DNA from: Lentisphaerae bacterium GWF2_38_69
GTDB lineage: Bacteria; Verrucomicrobiota; Lentisphaeria; Victivallales; GWF2-38-69
Assembly: GCA_001803205.1 (NCBI GenBank)
Contig: MHBE01000032.1
Location: forward strand, 25,441 to 89,440
Reading direction: 5' to 3'
Length of the DNA stretch: 64,000 nt
In this document: positions 25,384 to 34,596 of the stretch, one piece after another
Numbering within the stretch: the stretch's first letter is position 1
How the letters are laid out: each line of letters starts with the position of its first letter
Made by a program: the position numbers and the translations under genes
The notes under the pieces: generated by a model
Told to the model about the DNA's origin: nothing
Databases searched by the model: none
The model's input: only the letters and a program-made list of their open reading frames with translations

Positions 25384-26541
25384 TTATGCCTGGATAAATT
25401 CTGCCATTTCAATAATTTTATCCAGTTTTTCAGCTCTGGTTATATAGCAGTAATCTCCCAAAGCTCCTCTATATACAACTGGCATTTCCTGGTTAAGAAC
25501 AATAAATTGACCGTATTTGTTCAAAACTTCAGAATGTGAATTTTTATAAGTTTTGTTGTTCTTTCTTCCAACATAGGAGCAATGAAATTTTCTTGAATAT
25601 TCTATTTTATTTACTCCATTGATAACCAGATCAGCCCATATCTGGAAAACATTTATTTCGCAAGCGTAGTTGAACATATCTGCAGTAAGACCGCCTGGAG
25701 GCCTTATATTAACCTCCAGCGGAACAAATTCTCCTTTTGGAGTATAGAAAAATTCCAGATGGAAAAAACGATTTTTGACATTGAATCCTTTCAAACATCT
25801 CCTTCCGGCTTCTTCTAGAATCGGAGATATCTCTCTTTGAGAATAGTAATAGATATGATCGTCTTTATTCACTACATCCATTACTGGCGTGCTGAAAACA
25901 TGTGAAGTAAAAAAAACAGGTTCTGAATTCCAGTCGGCAATCCCGTCAAATGAGTGAATCTGCCCTGAAATGAATTCTTCAATAATATATGAATGATTAG
26001 AAATGGTTTCATAAGCTGTTTCAAGTTCATGTAGATTATGGATTTTATAAGTGGCGCTTGCTCCTACACCTATATCAGGTTTGGCAATAACAGGATAACC
26101 TATTTCAGTAATCCATGATTTGGCTTCATCAAAAGATTTAACAACTTTGCCTTTAGCTACTCTGAGTCCAAGCTTCTGGTAAATCTTTTTCATTTCCGAT
26201 TTGGCTTTTATATATTTCATATCTTTGCCTCGCAGCCCAGGGATGTTGAAATCATCTCTTAACTGAGCTTCCGTTTCAAGCCAGTATTCGCTGTGTGAAT
26301 CAAGAATATCAATTTTACCGTATTTGTGAATGAAATAAGCAATGCCTCTTATGAGCTCGTCATAATTATGCATATTTTCTACTTTATAGTATTCAGTAAG
26401 ATTATCTTTGAGATCCTGGCTAAGCTGATTATACGAATCATCCGCAAGGCCAAGAACTCTTGCCCCTGAACTTTTCAAAGCTTTAGCGAAGGATTTGTAA
26501 TTTGGAGGGAAGTTTGGTGAAAAGAAAATAGCATTTTTCAT
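25384..26541 (-). CDS. ATP-grasp domain carboxylate-amine ligase family protein (substrate unknown)
   Basis: A 385-aa protein with an ATP-grasp pattern: IGYPVIAKPDIGVGA, IIEEFISG and FFHLEFF....PLEVNIRPPGG. Confidence 0.75.
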   Translation of the reverse strand: MKNAIFFSPNFPPNYKSFAKALKSSGARVLGLADDSYNQLSQDLKDNLTEYYKVENMHNYDELIRGIAYFIHKYGKIDILDSHSEYWLETEAQLRDDFNIPGLRGKDMKYIKAKSEMKKIYQKLGLRVAKGKVVKSFDEAKSWITEIGYPVIAKPDIGVGASATYKIHNLHELETAYETISNHSYIIEEFISGQIHSFDGIADWNSEPVFFTSHVFSTPVMDVVNKDDHIYYYSQREISPILEEAGRRCLKGFNVKNRFFHLEFFYTPKGEFVPLEVNIRPPGGLTADMFNYACEINVFQIWADLVINGVNKIEYSRKFHCSYVGRKNNKTYKNSHSEVLNKYGQFIVLNQEMPVVYRGALGDYCYITRAEKLDKIIEMAEFIQA

Positions 26542-26778
26542 AAATTTTATTTATCCTTATGTTAAAAATATATTAAGAGATGCGAGTTAGATTTTATAGC
26601 ATCTGAATAGAAAAGTCAATTTGTGTTATTTACAGAAATTTTTAGAAAACTCCTTTCATAAATTCGATATGATACAAAAATACACTATTGTAAGGTTGGT
26701 AGGAAATTGTACAGGTTTCCAACTGGAAGTCTTTATACAGGTTTTATACATTTGATCCCCCATATCCAAAGGAGAACT

Positions 26779-28071
26779 ATGGAGCCTCGCGAATATTACA
26801 GAACAGTACTAAGCAGATTAAAAAAATGTTTTGAGCATAGCGGATGCGCAATAACCATTGAAAAGGAACTCATCGATGAAGGGTATTCAAAAGACTTCCC
26901 AAAGATGATAACTTCCAAAAAGAATATTGATTATCTGACTGTGGAAAGAGCTTTTCAAATACATTTGCCTATAATTGGAGAGAATTGCCAAACAGTGCTT
27001 TATCCCATGGATTTTGAAATATTCCTGGGAGAAGAACAGTCTCTACTATATGAAGACAAAGCCACTCAGAAAAAGTATTTCCAGGAAACATTGCCGGTAA
27101 TTAATTATATTAAAAACATCTTTATCAATAAACAAATACCGTTTCTTCTGGATTACACCCCATCTGGAGGCCATTTACTGTTTAATGTAGATGTAAATAG
27201 CAAGGCAGGAAAAGCGCTTCAGGAAATAGGCGCGATTGAACAAGGAATGCTTGAAACAAGCCTTAGGCATGGCATAACACAGAAGGCAATGCTGACCTTC
27301 AGCGGAATTACAAGAATAGCGGAGTATGTGGCGCTAAAAACTGTAATAGAATTCAAAGATTCTAAAGAAAAGGGAAATTTTGAGGTAACTATTTCAGATT
27401 CTTCTGCAAAATGCATAAATATTGACAATAGCTGGTGTGAAGGTGCCCCTCATTCTAGATCGATAAGGAGCCCATTCAGTTTGCATAAAAAGAATCAGGA
27501 GAAATATAAAAAATATGATGAGCCGCCTCTTGTAGATATTATCGGCGGCTATTTTGACGGAAAGACTTTTCATCATGAAGCTGATCTTGATACTATAATT
27601 GACGGCATGTGGGATTTGGGTAAAGCTTCAAAATGGGCAAAGAATTTTGATGGAGTTATTCCAATGGCAAATAATTCAATGGTAAAATTTATAGAAGAAT
27701 ATAAAAGTTCAGGATTGTATACTTTCCATAAGGATTTCGATACTACTAAGGATATTCCTGCAGGAAAAGCACTTGAATATGCAAGAAGCGAAAGAAATAT
27801 CCCCGAATGGACAATGAATATTCTAAACAATCCTAATCCAGGAACTGTTCAGCCGATAAATATGATTGGATTTATATACGATTTTGTAATTCGTGCCAAA
27901 TGGAGACCAAAGCATGTGGCTAACATTCTAAGAGATATTTATCTTGAAGAATCCTTCAAATGGGTTCAAGATTTTGTAGATGCCACGCCGGCAGATGAAA
28001 AAGCAAATTTTTGGGTTAGAACTTTTGCAGCTACTGCCTATTGGCAGAACGGGAAACTTAAGTTAAACTAA
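26779..28071 (+). CDS. conserved protein of unknown function with AEP (archaeo-eukaryotic primase)-like catalytic motifs, paralog A
   Basis: I prefer the ATG at 26779, preceded by AGGAG and aligned with the start of paralog B. Motifs: YPMDFEIF (DxE, motif I-like); LDYTPSGGHLLF (sGxGxH / TPSGG.HLyF-like motif II); CINIDNSWCEGAPHSRSIRSPFSLHKKN (hD ... [KR]SPFS.H.K, very like the eukaryotic PriS LLKSPFSVHPKTG motif III). This rests on motif-level recognition only. Confidence 0.5.
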   Translation: MEPREYYRTVLSRLKKCFEHSGCAITIEKELIDEGYSKDFPKMITSKKNIDYLTVERAFQIHLPIIGENCQTVLYPMDFEIFLGEEQSLLYEDKATQKKYFQETLPVINYIKNIFINKQIPFLLDYTPSGGHLLFNVDVNSKAGKALQEIGAIEQGMLETSLRHGITQKAMLTFSGITRIAEYVALKTVIEFKDSKEKGNFEVTISDSSAKCINIDNSWCEGAPHSRSIRSPFSLHKKNQEKYKKYDEPPLVDIIGGYFDGKTFHHEADLDTIIDGMWDLGKASKWAKNFDGVIPMANNSMVKFIEEYKSSGLYTFHKDFDTTKDIPAGKALEYARSERNIPEWTMNILNNPNPGTVQPINMIGFIYDFVIRAKWRPKHVANILRDIYLEESFKWVQDFVDATPADEKANFWVRTFAATAYWQNGKLKLN

Positions 28072-28116
28072 TATTTGCATTAAACTAAATTTAATTATCA
28101 GAGGAGTGCTAATTAT

Positions 28117-28302
28117 ATGAAAACCTGGCAATGTTGTGAATGTCAGTGTAATCAAGTTGAAATACCATTTTACAGAAAATGCTATCCGGATTCAGAATCA
28201 TATCTATGCCATGCATGCAGTTATCAAGCCTTAAAGCAGGGAAGAGTAGATATTCGCATGATCTCCGATCTTGATTTCATAAATTGGTTCGAAGAAGAAT
28301 AA
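28117..28302 (+). CDS. zinc-ribbon miniprotein
   Basis: A 61-aa protein. It has CCECQC near the N-terminus and CHAC 20 residues later, giving two CxxC knuckles. GAGGAG lies upstream of the ATG, and the gene starts 46 nt downstream of paralog A on the same strand. Confidence 0.5.
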   Translation: MKTWQCCECQCNQVEIPFYRKCYPDSESYLCHACSYQALKQGRVDIRMISDLDFINWFEEE

Positions 28303-28325
28303 GTCCCCCTCAGCCCAATACAAGC

Positions 28326-28362
28326 TCTGATTCATGAATGCTTATAAAAGCTATGAATCAGA
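28326..28362. terminator. hairpin between convergent genes (possible bidirectional terminator)
   Basis: A perfect 10-bp inverted repeat, TCTGATTCAT (28326-28335) and ATGAATCAGA (28353-28362), with a 17-nt loop. There is no clear U-tract on either side, so it is weak as an intrinsic terminator. Confidence 0.3.
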
Positions 28363-28401
28363 ACTGATATTTCGAAGCTCATAGATTTATTTTCTATATT
28401 A

Positions 28402-29715
28402 TTAGATTCTCATCCATCCTGCTTCAATGTAAGCCAGAGCGGAATAGGTTCTTGCCCAGAAATTAGCTTTTTCATCAGAAGGATATTCGTTATAAAAATC
28501 GTCATTCCAATTATATTTTGGATCGGCATACACATCTCTTAGAATATTTGCTACATGGCGAGGTTTCCACTTATGTTGAATTACGAATTCTCTGACGAAG
28601 TTGATTAAATTTATAGGCTGCAGGCACATTGGATTAGGCCAGTGCAGCATCCATCTTGTAATGTCAGACAGATCTTGAATTTGTTTAGCATAATCAAGAG
28701 CCATTCCAGGTTCGTTATCATAAGTTTCATCGAAATCTTTATGCATTTCGTATAGTTCCGAGCGCTTGTATTCATTTATAAAACCAATCAGCGTATTGTT
28801 GCTGTTTGGTATATTGCCTGTAAAGGTTTTTGCATATTCTGCTGCTTTTTCCAGATCCCACATGCAATCTATAACATGATCTAACTCATTAATTCCAGTT
28901 ATTTCTTCCCCGTTATAATGTACTCCGATAACATCACAAAGAGGGTCGTGCTTGTATTTAAATTTCTCCCAGTTTTTCTTATGAAGGCTGAATGGGCTCC
29001 TTATGCTTCTAAATCTTGGCGAACCTTCGCACCAGCTATTGTCAATATTTATGCAGTTCATTGCAGCATCAGAAATCATTACCGGAAGTTTTCCGGTGCG
29101 CATATTTGCTCTGAATTCTTTCATTGTGAAGAGAGCTATATATTCTGCTAATCTGGTAATACCGCTGAAAACTTTTGCAGTTTCAAGAGGTACCTGATTC
29201 TTTACTCTGTAGTCAAGAGTGCCTTTTGCCTCATTGCATGTTCTTATAAGGCCTTCTTCCAGAGCACCTATCTCGGCAAGGGCTTTAGAAGACTCTTGAT
29301 AAAGAGGAGTGTAGAAAAGTATATGGCCTCCTGCAGCTGTATAATCTAAGATGAAAGGCATTTTTCTTTTCAGGAAAATATCTTTAATGAACTGTATCAC
29401 TGGCCATATTTTTGAAAAATAATTTTTATGACTTTCCTTGCTGACAAAAAGATATTTCTGTTCTCTTGATAGAAAGAGTTCATAATCAAGAGGAGCAAGC
29501 ACTGCTTCAGTGCCTATAGCAGGAATATGAACCTGGAAACCTCTTTCGGCAGTCATGTGGTAGAGCTGATCTTTATCAAAAGTAAGAGAAGGAAAATGAG
29601 GATTTGCGTCATATTCTTTAATAATTGTCTTTTCATTGACAATAATATAATCGCTCATTGAGAAAGCAGCATCAAGTTGAGGGAAAACACTCTTGTAGTA
29701 CTCTAGTATATTCAT
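28402..29715 (-). CDS. conserved protein of unknown function with AEP-like catalytic motifs, paralog B
   Basis: A 437-aa protein collinear with paralog A. Shared motifs: APLDYELF, LDYTAAGGHILF, CINIDNSWCEGSPRFRSIRSPFSLHKKN, WKPRHVANILRDVY and SDEKANFWARTY. Confidence 0.5.
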   Translation of the reverse strand: MNILEYYKSVFPQLDAAFSMSDYIIVNEKTIIKEYDANPHFPSLTFDKDQLYHMTAERGFQVHIPAIGTEAVLAPLDYELFLSREQKYLFVSKESHKNYFSKIWPVIQFIKDIFLKRKMPFILDYTAAGGHILFYTPLYQESSKALAEIGALEEGLIRTCNEAKGTLDYRVKNQVPLETAKVFSGITRLAEYIALFTMKEFRANMRTGKLPVMISDAAMNCINIDNSWCEGSPRFRSIRSPFSLHKKNWEKFKYKHDPLCDVIGVHYNGEEITGINELDHVIDCMWDLEKAAEYAKTFTGNIPNSNNTLIGFINEYKRSELYEMHKDFDETYDNEPGMALDYAKQIQDLSDITRWMLHWPNPMCLQPINLINFVREFVIQHKWKPRHVANILRDVYADPKYNWNDDFYNEYPSDEKANFWARTYSALAYIEAGWMRI

Positions 29716-29833
29716 AAAAGATTCTCCAGTTAATTATTTCTTGAAAGTAATATATGATATTGTCTTATTTATAGCTTAAACGCAATACTTAAAGTAAAAT
29801 TAGTTGCCTGAAATGAGAAAAATAGAGGGAAAA

Positions 29834-30682
29834 ATGAAAATTGAAAAAATTTATGTTTTCGGGGATAGCATTCATGATGCCGGAAATCTCTACAAAGCCA
29901 CCAATCAGGAGCAGCCTTCAAAAAATTACTATCAGGGTAGATTTTCAAATGGCCCTGTTTACTGCGAATATATCGCTGCATTTTTATCTGAGCAGACTGG
30001 ACGGAATATATCCTTGAATAATTTTGCTTACGGGGGAGCATTGACAAAATACAGAAATGGTTATGAGCCAATGGCGATATCCCTTAAAGATCAAATTGAA
30101 CTAAAAGAGTTTATTTTTACAGAACAAGATTTAGTGATATTTGGATGCGGGCCAAATAATTATGGATTCTTTTTTGACATACACGAATTTCCATTTCTCC
30201 ATCTTAAAAGGATAAAAACAATTTCTAAGGATATTGAATTTTGCGTTAAAAGAGTAATTGAGAAAGGAGCAAAAAATATTCTTGTTTTTAATGTGCCTGA
30301 TATTTTTGAAGCTCCTGTCAAGAAAAAATTGAGCTGGTTATTCAAAGTTTTGATTGCTCCTCTTATGGAGAAATCATTAGTTAAAACAAATATAGAAATT
30401 GAGGCTATGGTAGACGCGCTCAATAGTTCAGAAATAAAAGCATGCGTTTTCGATGTTCACAAAATTTACATGGAAGCACTCTCCTCACCAGAAAAATATG
30501 GTTTCACAAATTCAAATAATTCAATAATTCCTGGCATGGGCCGTTATAATGGAAATATATCCACAGACAAGAATAAAGAGGATTATATTTTCTGGGATTA
30601 TGTACATCCAACTACCAAAGCCCATAAAATGCTGGCCGATTATCTTAGAGTTTTAATAAATGAAAAATTTAATATAGAATAA
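29834..30682 (+). CDS. SGNH/GDSL-family hydrolase (lipase/esterase)
   Basis: Block I reads IYVFGDSIHDAGN and the C-terminal block V reads WDYVHPT (DxxH). I prefer the ATG at 29834, preceded by GAGGGA; the ORF track begins at 29804. There is no signal peptide. Confidence 0.8.
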   Translation: MKIEKIYVFGDSIHDAGNLYKATNQEQPSKNYYQGRFSNGPVYCEYIAAFLSEQTGRNISLNNFAYGGALTKYRNGYEPMAISLKDQIELKEFIFTEQDLVIFGCGPNNYGFFFDIHEFPFLHLKRIKTISKDIEFCVKRVIEKGAKNILVFNVPDIFEAPVKKKLSWLFKVLIAPLMEKSLVKTNIEIEAMVDALNSSEIKACVFDVHKIYMEALSSPEKYGFTNSNNSIIPGMGRYNGNISTDKNKEDYIFWDYVHPTTKAHKMLADYLRVLINEKFNIE

Positions 30683-30752
30683 GTAATATTCTTCTTTATA
30701 ATCAACTCTAATAATTATTAATAAAAACATACAAATATCTCAGAAGGGAAAA

Positions 30753-32018
30753 ATGAAGAAGAAACTTGTAGTTGTAGGGTGTGGTTTTGCCGGCCTGAGC
30801 GCGGTAAAAATTCTCAGGCAGCACATTGATATAGATATTGTCCTGATTGACAAGAGAAATCATCATCTTTTTCAACCTCTTCTTTATCAGGTTGCTACCG
30901 GTGAACTTGACGCAAATCATATAGCTACTCCGATAAGAGGGTTAATGTCAAAATTTGAAAATGTATCAGTAGTTAAAGATACTGTTACATCGGTGAATCT
31001 TAAAACAAAAGAAGTTTGCACTTCAAAATTGTGTTATAAATATGATTATTTAATTCTTGCCTGCGGCGCTCTTCATTCGTATTTTGGGAGAAATGAATGG
31101 GAACCTTTCGCTCCTGGCCTGAAAACTCTGGAACAGGCTTTGGAAATAAAAAACCGTATTTTCGATGCATATGAAAAAGCAGAAAATGAGAAAGATGAAA
31201 AAATCAGAAAAAAACTTCTTTCATTTGTGGTAGTAGGTGGTGGTCCTACTGGAGTTGAGCTGGCTGGCGCCATTGCAGATATTTCCAGGCATATCATGAG
31301 GAAGGATTTCAGGAATATAAACCCTATAGAGACAAAAATAGCCCTTATCGAGGCTTCAGATAGAATTCTTGCGCCTTTTGATCCTAAAATTTCTGCAAAA
31401 GCTACTAACTTTTTACAGAATATGGGCGTAAATGTGATGGTTTCACATAAAGTAATTGAAATCGATGCTGATGGAGTTAACCACTCTGAAGGAAGAATTG
31501 AAGCTGCTACTGTCCTTTGGGGTGCTGGAGTTGCGGCTGCTGAAATTGGTAGAGCTCTTGGAGTGGAAACTGATAGATCAGGAAGAGTAATAGTCGAAGG
31601 CGATTTGAGTTTGAAAGATTATCCGGAAGTTTTTGTGATAGGCGATCAAGCACATTCCAAAGACAGAAAAGGCAAACCCTATCCAGGAGTAGCTACTGTA
31701 GCTTTGCAGCAGGGAACATGTGCGGCAAAGAACATAGTAAGAGATATGGAAGGAAGGAAGCGCTGGAGATTTTTCTATTTTAATAGAGGGAAAGCAGCTA
31801 CCATTGGAAAAAGCAAGGCCGTCCTGGAGGTGGCAAATATTAAAACTGCCGGACTTATAGCATGGATGATGTGGCTTGTAATTCATATCTGGTTTCTATG
31901 CGGATTCCAAAACAAAGTACAGGTACTCATACAGTGGGCGTGGTTTTATATCTTTAATCGCAGTCAATCAAGAATAATTCTTGAAAGAGAATGGCAGCTT
32001 TTTAAAAAGGCTAAATAG
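30753..32018 (+). CDS. ndh: type II NADH dehydrogenase (NDH-2)
   Basis: Has two dinucleotide folds, VVVGCGFAGLS and VVVGGGPTGVELAG, plus the GD motif VFVIGDQA and a C-terminal membrane-anchoring hydrophobic segment. Confidence 0.85.
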   Translation: MKKKLVVVGCGFAGLSAVKILRQHIDIDIVLIDKRNHHLFQPLLYQVATGELDANHIATPIRGLMSKFENVSVVKDTVTSVNLKTKEVCTSKLCYKYDYLILACGALHSYFGRNEWEPFAPGLKTLEQALEIKNRIFDAYEKAENEKDEKIRKKLLSFVVVGGGPTGVELAGAIADISRHIMRKDFRNINPIETKIALIEASDRILAPFDPKISAKATNFLQNMGVNVMVSHKVIEIDADGVNHSEGRIEAATVLWGAGVAAAEIGRALGVETDRSGRVIVEGDLSLKDYPEVFVIGDQAHSKDRKGKPYPGVATVALQQGTCAAKNIVRDMEGRKRWRFFYFNRGKAATIGKSKAVLEVANIKTAGLIAWMMWLVIHIWFLCGFQNKVQVLIQWAWFYIFNRSQSRIILEREWQLFKKAK

Positions 32019-33140
32019 ATGTTTTCTACAGTCCAGATAGATAATTTATCTATAAAAATTCCTTTTTCTGATTTTGTATTTGGCGGGGAACTGACCTTAA
32101 AAGGTATTGACAATGCCAGGAAGTTTGTTGACACCGCTATACTGGAAGCTTTTGATTCTTCTGATATCTGGCAGGAACTTTCTACTGATTCACCTGATGT
32201 GTATAATTCCATAAGGGATTTTGTGCTTTCTGGAGGAAAGAGGCTAAGACCGATCTTATTTTATCTTTTCTACAGAGCTTTTACTCATGAAGTTGATATT
32301 TCCAAAGCAAAAAAAATTATGGCTGCTATGGAGATGATACACGGCTTTATACTCATTCATGATGACATTATAGACAAATCTGATTCAAGACGGTCACAAA
32401 AGACTCTAAACAGGAAATTTGACTTGATTCTTTCTACGGGGAAAAGTTCTTCTCCCGTGAAAGGAGAAGATATGGCAATTGTCGCAGGGGATATGCTGTA
32501 TGCTTTTGCCGTAGATGTTTTCAACCAGGCTGGACTTGATCCTTCCCTTATGAGCAAAATCATCCAAAAGCTCTCACAAACTGCGCTTATGACAGCTCAT
32601 GGAGAATTCAGAGAAATTCTTGGCACGACAAAAGACCTTGGTCAGCTTAAAGAAGAAGATCTTCTAAGAATTTACGATCTGAAAACCTCCTATTATACAT
32701 TCTTTGGCCCTGTGATAATCGCCTCTATGGTAGCTTCATTTGATATTTCTGATGAATTGATAGAGAACTTTACACTTGCACTGGGAAAAGCTTTTCAAAT
32801 TCATAATGACATAAAAGAAATACTTGCGCCGGAATCAGATACAAATATACCTAAAGATTTTATTGAAAAGAAAAGGACTCTTCCGCTTCTTTGGGCATAT
32901 GAGGCATCAGATAAAACAGATAAAAGACTAATAGATAAATTTTTAAAAGAGAAAAAAGTCAATCAAGTTGATTTCAACTATATAAGAAAGATCTATTTTG
33001 AGAAAAACATAATACAAAAAGCTAAAAGTGAGATTCAAAAACTCACAAATCAAAGCATCGATATTATAATGAACATTGAAGCTGATAAAGTTTATCTTAG
33101 CTTCATTACAAATTACATTAAAGATTTACTAAAACTATAA
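32019..33140 (+). CDS. polyprenyl diphosphate synthase family protein
   Basis: The first Asp-rich motif is ILIHDDIIDKSDSRR. The KRLRP and GEFRE/Q-type segments are present. The second Asp-rich position reads FQIHNDIKE rather than DDxxD. Its start abuts the ndh stop. Confidence 0.75.
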   Translation: MFSTVQIDNLSIKIPFSDFVFGGELTLKGIDNARKFVDTAILEAFDSSDIWQELSTDSPDVYNSIRDFVLSGGKRLRPILFYLFYRAFTHEVDISKAKKIMAAMEMIHGFILIHDDIIDKSDSRRSQKTLNRKFDLILSTGKSSSPVKGEDMAIVAGDMLYAFAVDVFNQAGLDPSLMSKIIQKLSQTALMTAHGEFREILGTTKDLGQLKEEDLLRIYDLKTSYYTFFGPVIIASMVASFDISDELIENFTLALGKAFQIHNDIKEILAPESDTNIPKDFIEKKRTLPLLWAYEASDKTDKRLIDKFLKEKKVNQVDFNYIRKIYFEKNIIQKAKSEIQKLTNQSIDIIMNIEADKVYLSFITNYIKDLLKL

Positions 33141-33163
33141 ACATATTTAAAGTGTAATTTATT

Positions 33164-34579
33164 ATGGAAGAAATCATTAAAAATTTTATTGTGGAAATGT
33201 TCTATGCGTTGCAATCTGCTGAATTTATGGCAAGAATTCAATTCGCTGTCACTGCGATAATTCATTTCATTTTCCCGCCTCTTACCATAGGACTTGCACT
33301 GTTTACGGCAATTGTTGAGACAGTTTTTGCCATAACAAAAAACGAAAAATACAAGATGATGGCTAAGTTCTGGGGAAGGCTTTTTCTGATTAACTTTGCC
33401 GCCGGTATCGTAACTGGGATTGTGATGGAATTTGAATTTGGCATGAACTGGGCAAGATTTGCAAATTATGTAGGAGACATTTTCGGAGTGCCTTTGGCTA
33501 TAGAGGTTCTGCTTGCGTTTTTTATGGAGTCAGTTTTCATAGGCTTATGGATTTTCGGATGGGATAAATTTCATAGGTCTGTCCATGCGCTTTTTATATG
33601 GCTTGTTTCAATAGGATCGATTCTCTCATCTTTATGGATATTAATTGCAAACTCTTTTATGCAGGAACCTGTAGGTTTTGTAATAAGGAATGGAAGGGCT
33701 GAATTAGTCGATTTCCTGGCAATACTGAGTACCCCGCAAGTATGGTTGATGTTTTGGCATACGCTTTTTGCATCGTTTTGCACTGGAGCTTTCTTCATAT
33801 TAGGAGTATGCGCATACCATTTCTGGAGAAAGAGTGACGATATGGATGTCTACAGAACATCTTTCAGATTAGCTACGCTATATGCATTTATTGGAATAGT
33901 CGGGGTAATATGGTATGGACATTTCATGGCAGATCATATAATTGAAGCGCAGCCTATGAAAATGGCCGCAATGGAAGCTGCATGGGAAACCCAGGATCCG
34001 GCGCCTGAAGGCCTTTTAGTAATTACTGACCAGAAAAATCACAGGAATTTCTTTAAACTTGAAATTCCTTATGGCTTTTCAATAATTGCATATGGCAAGC
34101 TGCACGGGGAATTAACAGGTGCCAATGACCTGCAAAAAAAATATGAATCTAAATTCGGCCCGGGGAATTATATTCCTCCGATATTCATAACATTTTATGC
34201 ATTTAGGGCTATGGTTGGCGCAGGAGGACTTATGCTTCTGGTCGCAGGACTGCTTTTCATATATACATTTCTTTTGGGAAGATTTAAATTTTCTGCATGG
34301 GTTCTATGGTTCTTAATATCCTGTATTGTTCTGCCTTATATGGCAAACATTACCGGATGGGTTGTAACAGAAGTAGGCAGGCAACCATGGATAGTTCAGG
34401 ATTTAATGATGACTGTAAATGCTACATCTCAAACAGTGTCTTGCACTGATATTTGGATATCACTAATTCTGCTTGGCGGATTTTTTGGTCTGTTAACGCT
34501 TATTAATTTCTACTTTCTGTGGAAATACAGCACAGCAGGAACCTTTGATTTTCGTAAAAAAATTGAAGAAAACAAATAA
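33164..34579 (+). CDS. cydA: cytochrome bd quinol oxidase subunit I
   Basis: Has the GRQPWIV signature, an N-terminal heme-ligand-region pattern (AIIHFIFPPLTIG) and multiple TM helices. Confidence 0.9.
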   Translation: MEEIIKNFIVEMFYALQSAEFMARIQFAVTAIIHFIFPPLTIGLALFTAIVETVFAITKNEKYKMMAKFWGRLFLINFAAGIVTGIVMEFEFGMNWARFANYVGDIFGVPLAIEVLLAFFMESVFIGLWIFGWDKFHRSVHALFIWLVSIGSILSSLWILIANSFMQEPVGFVIRNGRAELVDFLAILSTPQVWLMFWHTLFASFCTGAFFILGVCAYHFWRKSDDMDVYRTSFRLATLYAFIGIVGVIWYGHFMADHIIEAQPMKMAAMEAAWETQDPAPEGLLVITDQKNHRNFFKLEIPYGFSIIAYGKLHGELTGANDLQKKYESKFGPGNYIPPIFITFYAFRAMVGAGGLMLLVAGLLFIYTFLLGRFKFSAWVLWFLISCIVLPYMANITGWVVTEVGRQPWIVQDLMMTVNATSQTVSCTDIWISLILLGGFFGLLTLINFYFLWKYSTAGTFDFRKKIEENK

Positions 34580-34596
34580 AGAGAGGAGAAAGCACA

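Noticed and set aside
29769-30071. A 100-aa minus-strand ORF overlapping the start of the GDSL hydrolase gene.
   Set aside because: It overlaps the conserved GDS(I/L) block I of a well-supported plus-strand gene and has no motif or ribosome-binding context.
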